Origin: Bacteroidia bacterium
GTDB taxonomy: Bacteria > Bacteroidota > Bacteroidia > M30B66
Reading direction: 5' to 3'
DNA length: 64,000 nt
Assembly (NCBI GenBank): GCA_965279035.1
Contig: OZ257142.1
Span: 3,072,001-3,136,000 of the forward strand
Translations under genes and position numbers: made by a program
The notes under the pieces: generated by a model
The model's database searches: none
Seen by the model: the letters and a program-made list of their open reading frames with translations, nothing else
Told to the model about the DNA's origin: nothing
In this document: positions 19,706 through 28,368 of the stretch, piece after piece
Layout of the letters: the number at the start of each line of letters is the position of its first letter
Numbering within the stretch: the first letter of the stretch is position 1

Positions 19706-19839
19706 GGGCGTGCCCAAAATAATTTAATCTAAAACTTCAGCCTCAAGATCGGGGCGGGCTATACGCTACAAGTCCTCGCTACTTGCCTTCGCTATTGCTT
19801 CGGCAATCGCTGTGGACTTTTCGCTACTATCCCTCACGC
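19706..19839 (-). ncRNA. Second Flavo-1-like structured element
   Basis: Reverse complement reads GCGTGAGGGATAGTAGCGAAAAGTCC...GGACTTGTAGCGTATAGCCCGCCCC...GGGCACGCCC. Confidence 0.6.
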
Positions 19840-19913
19840 AAGGTTGAAATTCTTAGTCTACTGTGTCTTTGAAAATTAATTGAGAGGTAATTATCAAGAT
19901 GTATTAATTAAAA

Positions 19914-20693
19914 TTATTCTCCTCGGAAAATCGGCTTTCGTTTTTCCACAAATGCATTTACACCTTCTTGGTAATCGTGACTTTCGCTGGCTTGAATTTG
20001 AAAATCTCCTTCTGCCTTTAGTTGAGCATACAGGTCATTTGATAAACTTTGATTGAAAAGATTTTTTGTTAATCCCAAAGCTTTTGTAGGCATTTGAGCT
20101 AGCGTAAGTGCAGTCTTTTCTACTTCAGCTTCGAATTGATCTGCAGGAATAGCTTTGTAAATCATCCCCATTTTCTCTGCATCAACAGCTGAAACTTTAT
20201 CGCCAAGTAGACATAGTGCAAGTGCTTTTTGAAAGCCTACTAATCGAGGTAAGAAGAATGTTCCAGCGCTATCGGGAATTAATCCGATTTTACTAAATGC
20301 CTGGATAAAACTAGCATTTTCACTTGCAAGTACAACATCACAAGCGAGGGCGATATTAGCTCCCGCTCCAGCAGCAACACCGTTTACAGCGGCAATTACT
20401 GGTTTTTCGATGTTCCGAATGCGTGTGATAATAGGATTATAATGCTCATCCAAAATGACTCTAAATCCTGGATTTAATTCGGGTGTAGTAACTTCTTTTA
20501 AATCTTGTCCAGCACAAAATGCCTTTCCGTTTCCTGTAATAAGAATAGCACGAACTAAATGATCATGCGCGAAGGCATCAAGTACTTTTTGAAATGACAG
20601 TGCCATTTCACGATTAAACGAATTAAATACATCGGGGCGATTGAATTGAATATATCCAATACCATTTTCTATGCGAGAAAGAATTGATTCCAT
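19914..20693 (-). CDS. paaG: 2-(1,2-epoxy-1,2-dihydrophenyl)acetyl-CoA isomerase
   Basis: Crotonase motifs AFCAGQDL, NGVAAGAGANIALACD and GLIPDSAGT; likely start ATG 20693. Confidence 0.88.
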   Translation of the reverse strand: MESILSRIENGIGYIQFNRPDVFNSFNREMALSFQKVLDAFAHDHLVRAILITGNGKAFCAGQDLKEVTTPELNPGFRVILDEHYNPIITRIRNIEKPVIAAVNGVAAGAGANIALACDVVLASENASFIQAFSKIGLIPDSAGTFFLPRLVGFQKALALCLLGDKVSAVDAEKMGMIYKAIPADQFEAEVEKTALTLAQMPTKALGLTKNLFNQSLSNDLYAQLKAEGDFQIQASESHDYQEGVNAFVEKRKPIFRGE

Positions 20694-20764
20694 GAGCTTT
20701 TTTGAGGGCTGCAAAATACACAAGCTTTGCTGATTTGAGAGGATTTATTGAAAGATATAATCGA

Positions 20765-21230
20765 TTCTTTATCAACGGACTTGTTGGTAAATCCTGCTTG
20801 GATGATGTTGAAAATTGATGTAGGGAATTCCCACGACTATCCCCTTCCCATTGGAAAATTAATACTTATTAAAATACGGAAGCTAAAAAGGTATTCACAT
20901 GACTGTTGATACTGTTTATTAACTAATCTGTTTGTAATTCCAGCTTGATAATAAATTACAAATTAATTAGGGAATTCCCACAATCATCCCCTTCCCAGTG
21001 GAAAATTAATTCGCGGAAGAATTCTCTCGACAATTAAGAATAGAAAATAATGAACCCGCCTGTTGATAAAGTTTATCAACTTCTTTGTTTGTAATTCCCG
21101 CTTGACAATTAATAGAAATTATTTTAGGGAATTCCCAGCACTATCCCCTTCCCAGTGGAAATTTACAAATGATAAGAATACGTTAAACAGGTAGCACTTT
21201 AAAGCTATCCACAGACCTGTTAATTAAGTT
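20765..21230. repeat. Three diverged ~150-bp tandem units plus a partial fourth
   Basis: Each unit has TGTTGAT..TTTAT(C/T)AAC..TGTT(T/G)GTAA.TCC.GCTTG..TAGGGAATTCCCA-n5-ATCCCCTTCCCA(G/T)TGGAAA; GGGAATTCCC starts at 20823, 20970 and 21127. Confidence 0.9.
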
Positions 21231-21246
21231 GTTATTGAGTAGTGAA

Positions 21247-21738
21247 TTACTTCAAACACTTGAAGTAATCAAAGGGCTCCAAGCAATCCTCGCATTTGAA
21301 TAATGCTTTGCAGGCGGTAGAACCAAACTGACTAATCATCACTGTATTGGTAGATCCACATTGCGGACATTTTACCAAGCGTTTATTGCCGAGTAGGACA
21401 GCTTTATCGGCTTCGGGAGATAAAGGAGCAGCAATACCATAACCTTCGAGGGCTTTACGGCCTTTTTCGGTGATCCAATCGGTGCTCCAAGCTGGAGATA
21501 GAATTAAATTAACTTTTGCTTCGTAACCAGCTACTTGGAGTGCTTTTTTAATATCGTCGCCCATCATATCCATAGCTGGACAACCGCTGTAAGTGGGCGT
21601 GATATCTACTACCACGCCCGTTCCCACAAATTGTGCTTTCCGAACTACACCCATCTGAACAACCGACAGGACGGGTATTTCAGGGTCGGCAACTTCATCT
21701 AGAATATGATAAAGAGTTGAATCAATCTCTTGTTCCAT
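21247..21738 (-). CDS. paaD: Phenylacetyl-CoA epoxidase subunit PaaD
   Basis: DPEIPVLS, TPTYSGCPA, CPQCGS, FGSTACKA and EPFDYFK. Confidence 0.93.
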   Translation of the reverse strand: MEQEIDSTLYHILDEVADPEIPVLSVVQMGVVRKAQFVGTGVVVDITPTYSGCPAMDMMGDDIKKALQVAGYEAKVNLILSPAWSTDWITEKGRKALEGYGIAAPLSPEADKAVLLGNKRLVKCPQCGSTNTVMISQFGSTACKALFKCEDCLEPFDYFKCLK

Positions 21739-21745
21739 GGTTTTA

Positions 21746-22498
21746 TTACCAAGTCATGTTAGGATAGGTACGTTGCATGTATTGCATTTCGGTTAAAATG
21801 AATCCCATATGTTCGGTATGTTTTCCGGATTTACCTCCCTGTTGGAAATACTTCGACTCGGGTGTTTGCAATGTTGCTTCGGTTAAAATTTCACTAACAC
21901 GTTTATAGTAATCTTCACGATAGTGAGTTACATCAACTCCAACACCTGCAGCAATCATTGCTTTATCGGCATCGGTTTGCTGAAATAATTCTTCCGTATA
22001 AACCCAAAGATCGTTGATAGCAGTTTGGATGCGTTGATGACTTTCGGCAGTACCATCACCTAAGCGACGAATCCAATCGGAAGAAAAACGAACATGATAG
22101 GATACTTCTTTAAATCCTTTTTTAGCTATGGCAGCTATCGTTTCGTCTTTACTGTCTTGCAAACGACTAATAAGGTGATGATGAAATACATCGAACAGAA
22201 ATTGACGAGAGATTACATAGCCAAAATCGGTATTGGGTTGCTCAACAAGCAGCACATTTTTGTATTCAAATTCTTTGCGGAGAAATGCAACAGAATCTTC
22301 GTTTGCATCTGCCCCTTGAAGTGAAGCAACATACTGATAAAAGCTTCGTACTTGCCCAAAAAGGTCGAGGCTTATATTGGTGAGTGCGATATCGGTTTCG
22401 ATGTTGGGACCATGTCCACACAATTCACCGAGACGTTGTCCGAGAATAAGGTCATTATCGGCAATGCCGTAAATGTATTCGATCAGGTTATTCGTCAT
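21746..22498 (-). CDS. paaC: Phenylacetyl-CoA epoxidase subunit PaaC
   Basis: LILGQRLGELCGHGP, KEVSYH, RLGDGT.ESH and HTEHMG. Confidence 0.93.
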   Translation of the reverse strand: MTNNLIEYIYGIADNDLILGQRLGELCGHGPNIETDIALTNISLDLFGQVRSFYQYVASLQGADANEDSVAFLRKEFEYKNVLLVEQPNTDFGYVISRQFLFDVFHHHLISRLQDSKDETIAAIAKKGFKEVSYHVRFSSDWIRRLGDGTAESHQRIQTAINDLWVYTEELFQQTDADKAMIAAGVGVDVTHYREDYYKRVSEILTEATLQTPESKYFQQGGKSGKHTEHMGFILTEMQYMQRTYPNMTW

Positions 22499-22535
22499 AG
22501 GAATTCGATTTAAAATTGATTCAGGTTAAACCTGA

Positions 22536-22817
22536 TTACATGTGTTTAACTTCTTCAGGAAGCACGTAGAATGTAGGGTGACGATAAGCTTTATCGGCTG
22601 CCGGTTCGAACAATTCTGCATTTTCCTCTGGACGAGATGCAGTTATTTGTGCAGAAGGAACTACCCAAATACTAACGCCCTCGTTGCGACGGGTATAAAC
22701 ATCGCGAGCATTTTCCATTGCCATTGCAGCATCTGCCGCGTGAAGGCTACCGCAGTGGCGGTGTTCTAGTCCGTTTTTACTTCTGATAAAAACTTCCCAT
22801 AGTGGCCAGTCTTTCAT
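22536..22817 (-). CDS. paaB: Phenylacetyl-CoA epoxidase subunit PaaB
   Basis: WPLWEVF...GSLHA.D...ARDVYTRRNEGVSIWVV...YRHPTFY. Confidence 0.95.
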   Translation of the reverse strand: MKDWPLWEVFIRSKNGLEHRHCGSLHAADAAMAMENARDVYTRRNEGVSIWVVPSAQITASRPEENAELFEPAADKAYRHPTFYVLPEEVKHM

Positions 22818-22840
22818 AATATGAAAATTTGATTAGTTAA

Positions 22841-22948
22841 TGTGCTGATATGCCAGTGTGCTAGTGTGTTAATGTGCTAGTGTGCTGATGTGCTGGTGAT
22901 TAGATTGCAAATTCGTAATTCGTAATTCGTAATTCGTAATTCGTAATT
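22841..22948. repeat. Seven octamers (TGTGCTRR-like) followed by (AATTCGT)5
   Basis: Octamers at 22841-22896; perfect heptamer tandem at 22910-22944. Confidence 0.9.
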
Positions 22949-22950
22949 AA

Positions 22951-23898
22951 TCAAACCAATTCAACAACAGCTTTTTTCTCTGCATAAGCCATGGCTGCAT
23001 CACGAACCCAAGCTCCATCTGCATGTGCTTTGCGACGAGCTTCCATACGGGTTTTGTTACATGGACCATGACCGTTTACAACTTGCCAGAATTCATCCCA
23101 ATTAAGTGGACCAAAATCATAATGATTACGGTTATCGTTCCACTTCAACTCTTTATCTGGAACAGTTAATCCAATAAGGTTCGCTTGAGGAACGGTTTGG
23201 TCGACAAATGCCTGACGAAGTTCATCATTGGTTTTGCGTTTCAATTTCCAATGCATCGATTGTTCGGTATTAGGAGATTTGTCATCGGCCGGACCAAACA
23301 TCATCAAAGCAGGCCACCACCAGCGATTCATAGCATCTTGAGCCATTTCTTTTTGTTGAGGCGTTCCGTTCATCAAGGTCATTAGGATTTCGTAGCCCTG
23401 ACGTTGGTGGAAACTTTCTTCCTTGCAAATACGAATCATTGCACGGGAATATGGTCCGTAGGATGTATTAATTAATGCCACTTGATTCATAATGGCAGCA
23501 CCATCTACTAACCAGCCAATTGCTCCGATATCGGCCCAATTCAATGCTGGATAATTAAAGATGCTTGAATATTTTGCTTTTCCACTATGCAATTGATCAA
23601 TTAATTCTTCACGCGAAATACCAAGTGTTTCGGCAGCACTGTATAAATACAAACCATGTCCGCCTTCATCTTGAATTTTAGCTAATAAAGCCACTTTACG
23701 ACGAAGTGATGGACAACGTGTAACCCAATTTCCTTCGGGCAACATTCCAACAATTTCGGAATGTGCGTGCTGAGAAATTTGACGGATATGTGTTAAACGA
23801 TACTTCTCGGGCATCCAGTCTTTGGGCTCAATTTTCTCGTCGTTAATTATGCGCAGGTTGAATGCATCTTCGAGCGCTTGATTTTCCTGTTCTGTCAT
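22951..23898 (-). CDS. paaA: Phenylacetyl-CoA epoxidase catalytic subunit PaaA
   Basis: [32 protein letters not shown] and [10 protein letters not shown] di-iron motifs. Confidence 0.96.
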   Translation of the reverse strand: MTEQENQALEDAFNLRIINDEKIEPKDWMPEKYRLTHIRQISQHAHSEIVGMLPEGNWVTRCPSLRRKVALLAKIQDEGGHGLYLYSAAETLGISREELIDQLHSGKAKYSSIFNYPALNWADIGAIGWLVDGAAIMNQVALINTSYGPYSRAMIRICKEESFHQRQGYEILMTLMNGTPQQKEMAQDAMNRWWWPALMMFGPADDKSPNTEQSMHWKLKRKTNDELRQAFVDQTVPQANLIGLTVPDKELKWNDNRNHYDFGPLNWDEFWQVVNGHGPCNKTRMEARRKAHADGAWVRDAAMAYAEKKAVVELV

Positions 23899-23934
23899 GT
23901 TACGTGTTCTATTTATGATCCGTAAAAAAGAGAA

Positions 23935-25008
23935 TTAAACATCAAAATCGACTACCAAACGGGAAGTCGTGGGAACTGCCTGACAACTCAAAATAAACTT
24001 GCGTTTTAATTCTGATTCATCTAGGGCGTAATTAACTTTCATTTCTGCTTCACCTTCTAATACTTTACAACGACAGGTGCTACAAACACCACCTTTACAA
24101 GCAAATGGTAAATCGGCACCTGCTGCTAAAGCTCCATCGAGGATATTGTCGAACTCTTTCGACATAGTAAAATGAAACTCTTTTCCGCCATCGATAATGG
24201 TTACTTCTGTTCCTTCTACTTTTTTATCCAATACACTTTTAACTTGTGATTGTAGTTCGGTAGAATTACTAGTAGTGAAAAGTTCGAAATGGATTTTTTC
24301 TTTCGATATGCCGGCAGATTCTAATTCATCACGAATGAGGAAAATCATGGATTCTGGACCACAAATAAAACATTCGTCTATGGATTTAGGATCGAATAAT
24401 TTGCTGGATAAAATGTTGATTTTATCTGCCGTAAAACGACCGTTCATCAAAGGAACATCGCGGTGTTCTTTGGTGAGAAAATAGAATATTTCGAATCGAT
24501 TGAAATATTCATTTTTCAAGGCCTCAATATCTTCTTTGAATAGAATTGATTTTACATTTCGATTCAAATAGAAAAGCTTGAAAGTGCTTTTAGACTCGGA
24601 TGCTAAATGCGTTTTGATTATGGATAAAATAGGTGTGATTCCACTTCCGGCAGCAAAGGCGATGTAGTTTCTTTCTTGTGTTGGATTGCAGTCTTTAAAG
24701 AATGTTCCATTGGGTGGCATCACTTCAATGGTATCGCCTTTTTTCAAGGTCTCATTCGCATAGGTTGAGAAAAGTCCGCCATCGATTTTCTTAACCGCAA
24801 CTTGCCATTTCCGTTCGAGCGGACTGGAGCAAAGTGAGTAAGATCGACGTACATCCTGATTTCCTATCATGGCGCGTAGTGTGAGGTGTTGACCTTGTTT
24901 GTATTGAAATTCACGTTTTAATTGTTCGGGAACTTCAAGCGTAATTACCGAGCATTCGTCGGTGTCTTTATAAATATCGGAGATTAAAAGAGGAAAAAAT
25001 TTAGCCAT
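23935..25008 (-). CDS. paaE: Phenylacetyl-CoA epoxidase reductase PaaE
   Basis: RSYSLCS, GSGITP and CGP motifs; 2Fe-2S signature CKGGVCSTC...LSCQ. Confidence 0.93.
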   Translation of the reverse strand: MAKFFPLLISDIYKDTDECSVITLEVPEQLKREFQYKQGQHLTLRAMIGNQDVRRSYSLCSSPLERKWQVAVKKIDGGLFSTYANETLKKGDTIEVMPPNGTFFKDCNPTQERNYIAFAAGSGITPILSIIKTHLASESKSTFKLFYLNRNVKSILFKEDIEALKNEYFNRFEIFYFLTKEHRDVPLMNGRFTADKINILSSKLFDPKSIDECFICGPESMIFLIRDELESAGISKEKIHFELFTTSNSTELQSQVKSVLDKKVEGTEVTIIDGGKEFHFTMSKEFDNILDGALAAGADLPFACKGGVCSTCRCKVLEGEAEMKVNYALDESELKRKFILSCQAVPTTSRLVVDFDV

Positions 25009-25028
25009 TGTTTGGGTTGGGTGCGCAG

Positions 25029-25060
25029 ACTAACAAATGTTAGTTTGTTGAGCAAATTTA
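25029..25060 (-). promoter_or_regulatory. paa operon promoter (TAAATTTG, 25053-25060) and candidate TetR operator ACTAACA-AA-TGTTAGT (25029-25044)
   Basis: Perfect 7-bp inverted repeat between the -7 element and the paaE start. Confidence 0.7.
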
Positions 25061-25196
25061 GAAGTTTATTTCAATTCAGCAATGGCTTGAAAAAAAATAT
25101 GATGGTAATAAAAAAGAATAAGTCGGTTTGCTAAAGTATCATGAAAAGCAAATTTCCTAACTGAAATTGAAAATGAGAAAATCTTATATTTGTAAA

Positions 25197-25490
25197 ATGA
25201 CTATCGACAATCAAAAACTTGAATCTGTCAGAAAGTACTTTAGCGCTTGTCCTGTGTTAAAGGCATATCTATTTGGTTCTTATGTCAGAGGTGAAGCGGA
25301 CCATAAAAGTGATGTAGATATTCTTGTTGAATTGGATTATTCCCAGCATATAGGTCTTCGATTTGTTCAAATGCAAATAGAACTCGAGAAGTTGCTCAAT
25401 AATAAAGTTGATTTGGTTTCTTCCCAAGGTATTTCTAAGCATCTTCAAGCAATTATAGATTCGGAAAAGAAGCTGATTTATGCGAGGTAA
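25197..25490 (+). CDS. MNT nucleotidyltransferase antitoxin
   Basis: LFGSYVRGEA...SDVDILV...KVDLV; TATATTTG promoter 4 nt before the ATG. Confidence 0.9.
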   Translation: MTIDNQKLESVRKYFSACPVLKAYLFGSYVRGEADHKSDVDILVELDYSQHIGLRFVQMQIELEKLLNNKVDLVSSQGISKHLQAIIDSEKKLIYAR

Positions 25491-25827
25491 ACTAGGAGAT
25501 CGAGTTCGTTTACTGCATATCCTTGAAGCAATTAAAGAAATCGATTCGTATGTCGGGAATGTTGATTTCAACTCATTTTCAGAGCATTCTATGATGCGAT
25601 TTGCATGCATAAAACATATGGAAATCATAGGTGAAGCAAGCAATCATATATCATCAGAAATGAAATTAGAATTTTCTGAAATTGAATGGGGGCAAATTAT
25701 AGGAATGCGTAATGTATTTGTCCATGAATATTTTGGAATAGACAATCGCCTAGTTTGGGATATCATAATGCATGATTTGCCAAGACTAAGAAGCAAAATA
25801 GAATCAATATTACAATCGATTGAATAA
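25480..25827 (+). CDS. HEPN (DUF86) RNase toxin
   Basis: EIIGEAS...W..IIGMRNVFVHEYFGID, including the RxxxxH motif. Confidence 0.92.
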   Translation: MRGKLGDRVRLLHILEAIKEIDSYVGNVDFNSFSEHSMMRFACIKHMEIIGEASNHISSEMKLEFSEIEWGQIIGMRNVFVHEYFGIDNRLVWDIIMHDLPRLRSKIESILQSIE

Positions 25828-25848
25828 ACTCGAAAAGAAGATTTTTCT

Positions 25849-26418
25849 CTAGAGAATTCCCTGCAACAATACGCGCGACATGTCGGCTTTGAGCTGAGCT
25901 GGTTGCAGCGATTTTTTACGCCCGTACCAAAGATGAAGCGTTCTTAATGTAGAAAGCATGGAAAAAAGCATGAGTTCGACATTCAAATCGGAAATTTCTC
26001 CTGAACTAATACCTTTTTTTAAGATGCTACGAAATTTTTCTTCGTAGCGATCGCGCATGCGGATGAAATATTCGAGTTCTTCGGTAGCCAAATGCATCCA
26101 GTCGTTGTTTACACAGGCCATGGCATCAGGATCACGCAGTGTCAAATCAATATGCAAATCGATGAGTTGATGTAATTGTTCTTTGACTGGAATTTTTAAT
26201 CCAGAAACATCATTGATTCCAGTTGTAAAATCTTCGGCAATACGAATGATAATGAGCTCGAGGATTTCTTGTTTGGATTTGATATGATTGTAAAGACTAG
26301 CTGCTTTGATATCTAATTCCTGAGCTATATCGCGCATGGAAACCGCATTGTATCCTCTTACACGAAACAGCTTTGCTGATACTTGAAGGATTTCGGATTT
26401 GCGGTCAATTTTTTCCAT
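25849..26418 (-). CDS. TetR-family regulator, probable PaaR
   Basis: TetR HTH (VSMRDIA...AASLYNHIKSK); sits at the head of the paa cluster; TAAGTTTG 5 nt upstream. Confidence 0.85.
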   Translation of the reverse strand: MEKIDRKSEILQVSAKLFRVRGYNAVSMRDIAQELDIKAASLYNHIKSKQEILELIIIRIAEDFTTGINDVSGLKIPVKEQLHQLIDLHIDLTLRDPDAMACVNNDWMHLATEELEYFIRMRDRYEEKFRSILKKGISSGEISDLNVELMLFSMLSTLRTLHLWYGRKKSLQPAQLKADMSRVLLQGIL

Positions 26419-26786
26419 TGCTGCAAACTTAGATGAATTTAACGAATTGAAATCGATATGAATATTCCTTTGAAATTTTTCAGAGTTAATAGATTCTAAA
26501 AAATAGTAGTGAATTAGTAAAACTTAGAAAGAATAAATTAAATCGGAATGAATATTTATAAATGCGTAATTCATAATTAACGAAAATGCTGCAAAAAGGA
26601 TTGAGCCAAATGCCGTGCATGGGCGAAAGCCTGATGACGATTGGGATGAAGCAAGGCGGAATACCAATTGGCATTTGCCCAAAATTAAATTGAAATAATT
26701 CTATGAATTTTGATAGTAAATTTTGAATAAATTCATGAATCCTTATTTAATTTATCCGTAATTCGGAATTGTTAAACGTCTTTAAA

Positions 26787-27191
26787 ATGTCGCCTAATAC
26801 GATTGTTCGGGAGAAAATAAAAAAGAAGATTGTTCAAGCAGAAATGCGCGAAGAACTTGCGCGTGCGATAAAACCTCATGGTCAAGTTGTAGTTCATATT
26901 GTATTTCCACCGCAACTAGAAATGTACGTGATTCGGATTTGGCGTAGCACTTATTTAATATCAAGAAATACAAATCATCGGAGTCGATTGCTCCATGTTG
27001 AAAATATAAGTATTGCTCCCATTTGGACCGAAGTTCTTTCCAAACAAGCGTATACATTTACCTTAATTTTTGAAGGATTTCCGGCCGATGTAGAATTGTT
27101 CGATTTAGCAGAAGAAATACCCGAACCCGATGGATTTCACTACACCAATTTAGTTAGAAACGAACAAGATGTTTATTGGATTCGTGGATGA
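26787..27191 (+). CDS. Hypothetical protein
   Basis: Open ORF with normal composition (IRIWRSTYL...EEIPEPDGF...RNEQDVY). Confidence 0.7.
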   Translation: MSPNTIVREKIKKKIVQAEMREELARAIKPHGQVVVHIVFPPQLEMYVIRIWRSTYLISRNTNHRSRLLHVENISIAPIWTEVLSKQAYTFTLIFEGFPADVELFDLAEEIPEPDGFHYTNLVRNEQDVYWIRG

Positions 27192-27236
27192 CAATCTTGA
27201 TTTCAAGAAAGCGCTGCATTTCTCTATCTTTGCCCC

Positions 27237-27896
27237 ATGCTTACCTCGTTTACCGAAGAAAATTATCTGAAAGCAATATTCAAGCTTGCCGGTCAAACCG
27301 AGGGGAATGTGAGCACCAACGCCATTGCGGAAGTTTTACAAACCAAAGCTTCGTCGGTTACCGACATGATTAAAAAATTGGGGGAGAAGAATTTAGTAAA
27401 CCATCAACGCTATCAAGGAGTTCGGCTGACCGATTTAGGTCGAAAATGTGCACTCGATATTGTGCGTAAACACCGGCTTTGGGAAGTATTTCTGGTTGAA
27501 CAATTGGGTTTAGGTTGGGAAGAAGTACACGACATTGCCGAACAATTAGAACATACCAGTTCTCCTAAATTATATGAACACCTCGATCGTTACCTCAACT
27601 TTCCGCGTTTCGATCCTCATGGCGATCCTATTCCCGACAAAAGTGGAAAAATGGAACGTCGTTCTCAAGTGAGTTTGTTAGATGTGGAGTCGGGCGTTTT
27701 AAAAATTGTAGAAGGCGTTACTGATCACCTACCCGATTTTTTACAATATCTACAAGCCATCAACCTAATGCCCGGATCGAGTGTAACAGTTACACGTCGC
27801 TTTGGCTTTGATGGTTCGGCTGGAATTCGCATTGGAGATAGTAACGAAGTGATTATATCGCGGCACGTTGCTGCAAACATTTTGGTTAAATCCTGA
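27237..27896 (+). CDS. DtxR/MntR-family metal-dependent regulator
   Basis: EENYLKAI, RKHRLWEVFL, AEQLEH and DPHGDPIP; FeoA-like C-terminus; TATCTTTG 4 nt before the ATG. Confidence 0.93.
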   Translation: MLTSFTEENYLKAIFKLAGQTEGNVSTNAIAEVLQTKASSVTDMIKKLGEKNLVNHQRYQGVRLTDLGRKCALDIVRKHRLWEVFLVEQLGLGWEEVHDIAEQLEHTSSPKLYEHLDRYLNFPRFDPHGDPIPDKSGKMERRSQVSLLDVESGVLKIVEGVTDHLPDFLQYLQAINLMPGSSVTVTRRFGFDGSAGIRIGDSNEVIISRHVAANILVKS

Positions 27897-27899
27897 ATC

Positions 27900-28367
27900 A
27901 TGGCTCAACCCAATAAACAGGTTATCCAACTCAATATTAAGAACAGAAAAGCCTCGTTCGAATATCAATTGCTTATGCAGTTTAGCGCGGGCATTATGTT
28001 AACTGGAACTGAAATAAAATCGGTACGTGCCGGGAAAGTGAATATCGCCGATGCATACTGCACCTTTGTAAAAGAAGAATTGTATGTGCGCAACATGCAC
28101 ATTCAGGAATACGAAATGGGCAACATATTTAATCATGAACCCAAGCGCGATCGGAAACTGCTTTTGAATAAAACGGAGCTATCGAAACTTCGGGGGAAAA
28201 TGAAAGACAAAGGTTTGACCATAGTTCCACTTCAAATGTTCTTGAGTGAAAGTGGTTTTGCCAAATTGGATATTGCCTTAGCGAAAGGAAAGAAACTATA
28301 CGACAAACGCGAATCGCTTAAGGACAAAGTTGTAAAGCGAAATTTAGCTCGTCAAGACGCTGATTGA
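27900..28367 (+). CDS. smpB: SsrA-binding protein
   Basis: NRKASFEY, GTEIKS and GKKLYDKRE. Confidence 0.97.
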   Translation: MAQPNKQVIQLNIKNRKASFEYQLLMQFSAGIMLTGTEIKSVRAGKVNIADAYCTFVKEELYVRNMHIQEYEMGNIFNHEPKRDRKLLLNKTELSKLRGKMKDKGLTIVPLQMFLSESGFAKLDIALAKGKKLYDKRESLKDKVVKRNLARQDAD

Positions 28368-28368
28368 T

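Noticed and set aside
20765-21230. CRISPR array interpretation of the triplicated unit
   Set aside because: The conserved part is about 105 bp and internally diverged, there are only three units, and no cas genes are in the window.
26619-26637. ATGGGCGAAAGCCTGATG resembles a 16S rRNA stretch, and CTGATGA resembles a hammerhead core
   Set aside because: The 16S similarity ends after about 18 nt, and the GAAA and CUGAUGA elements are not arranged with the stems a hammerhead needs.
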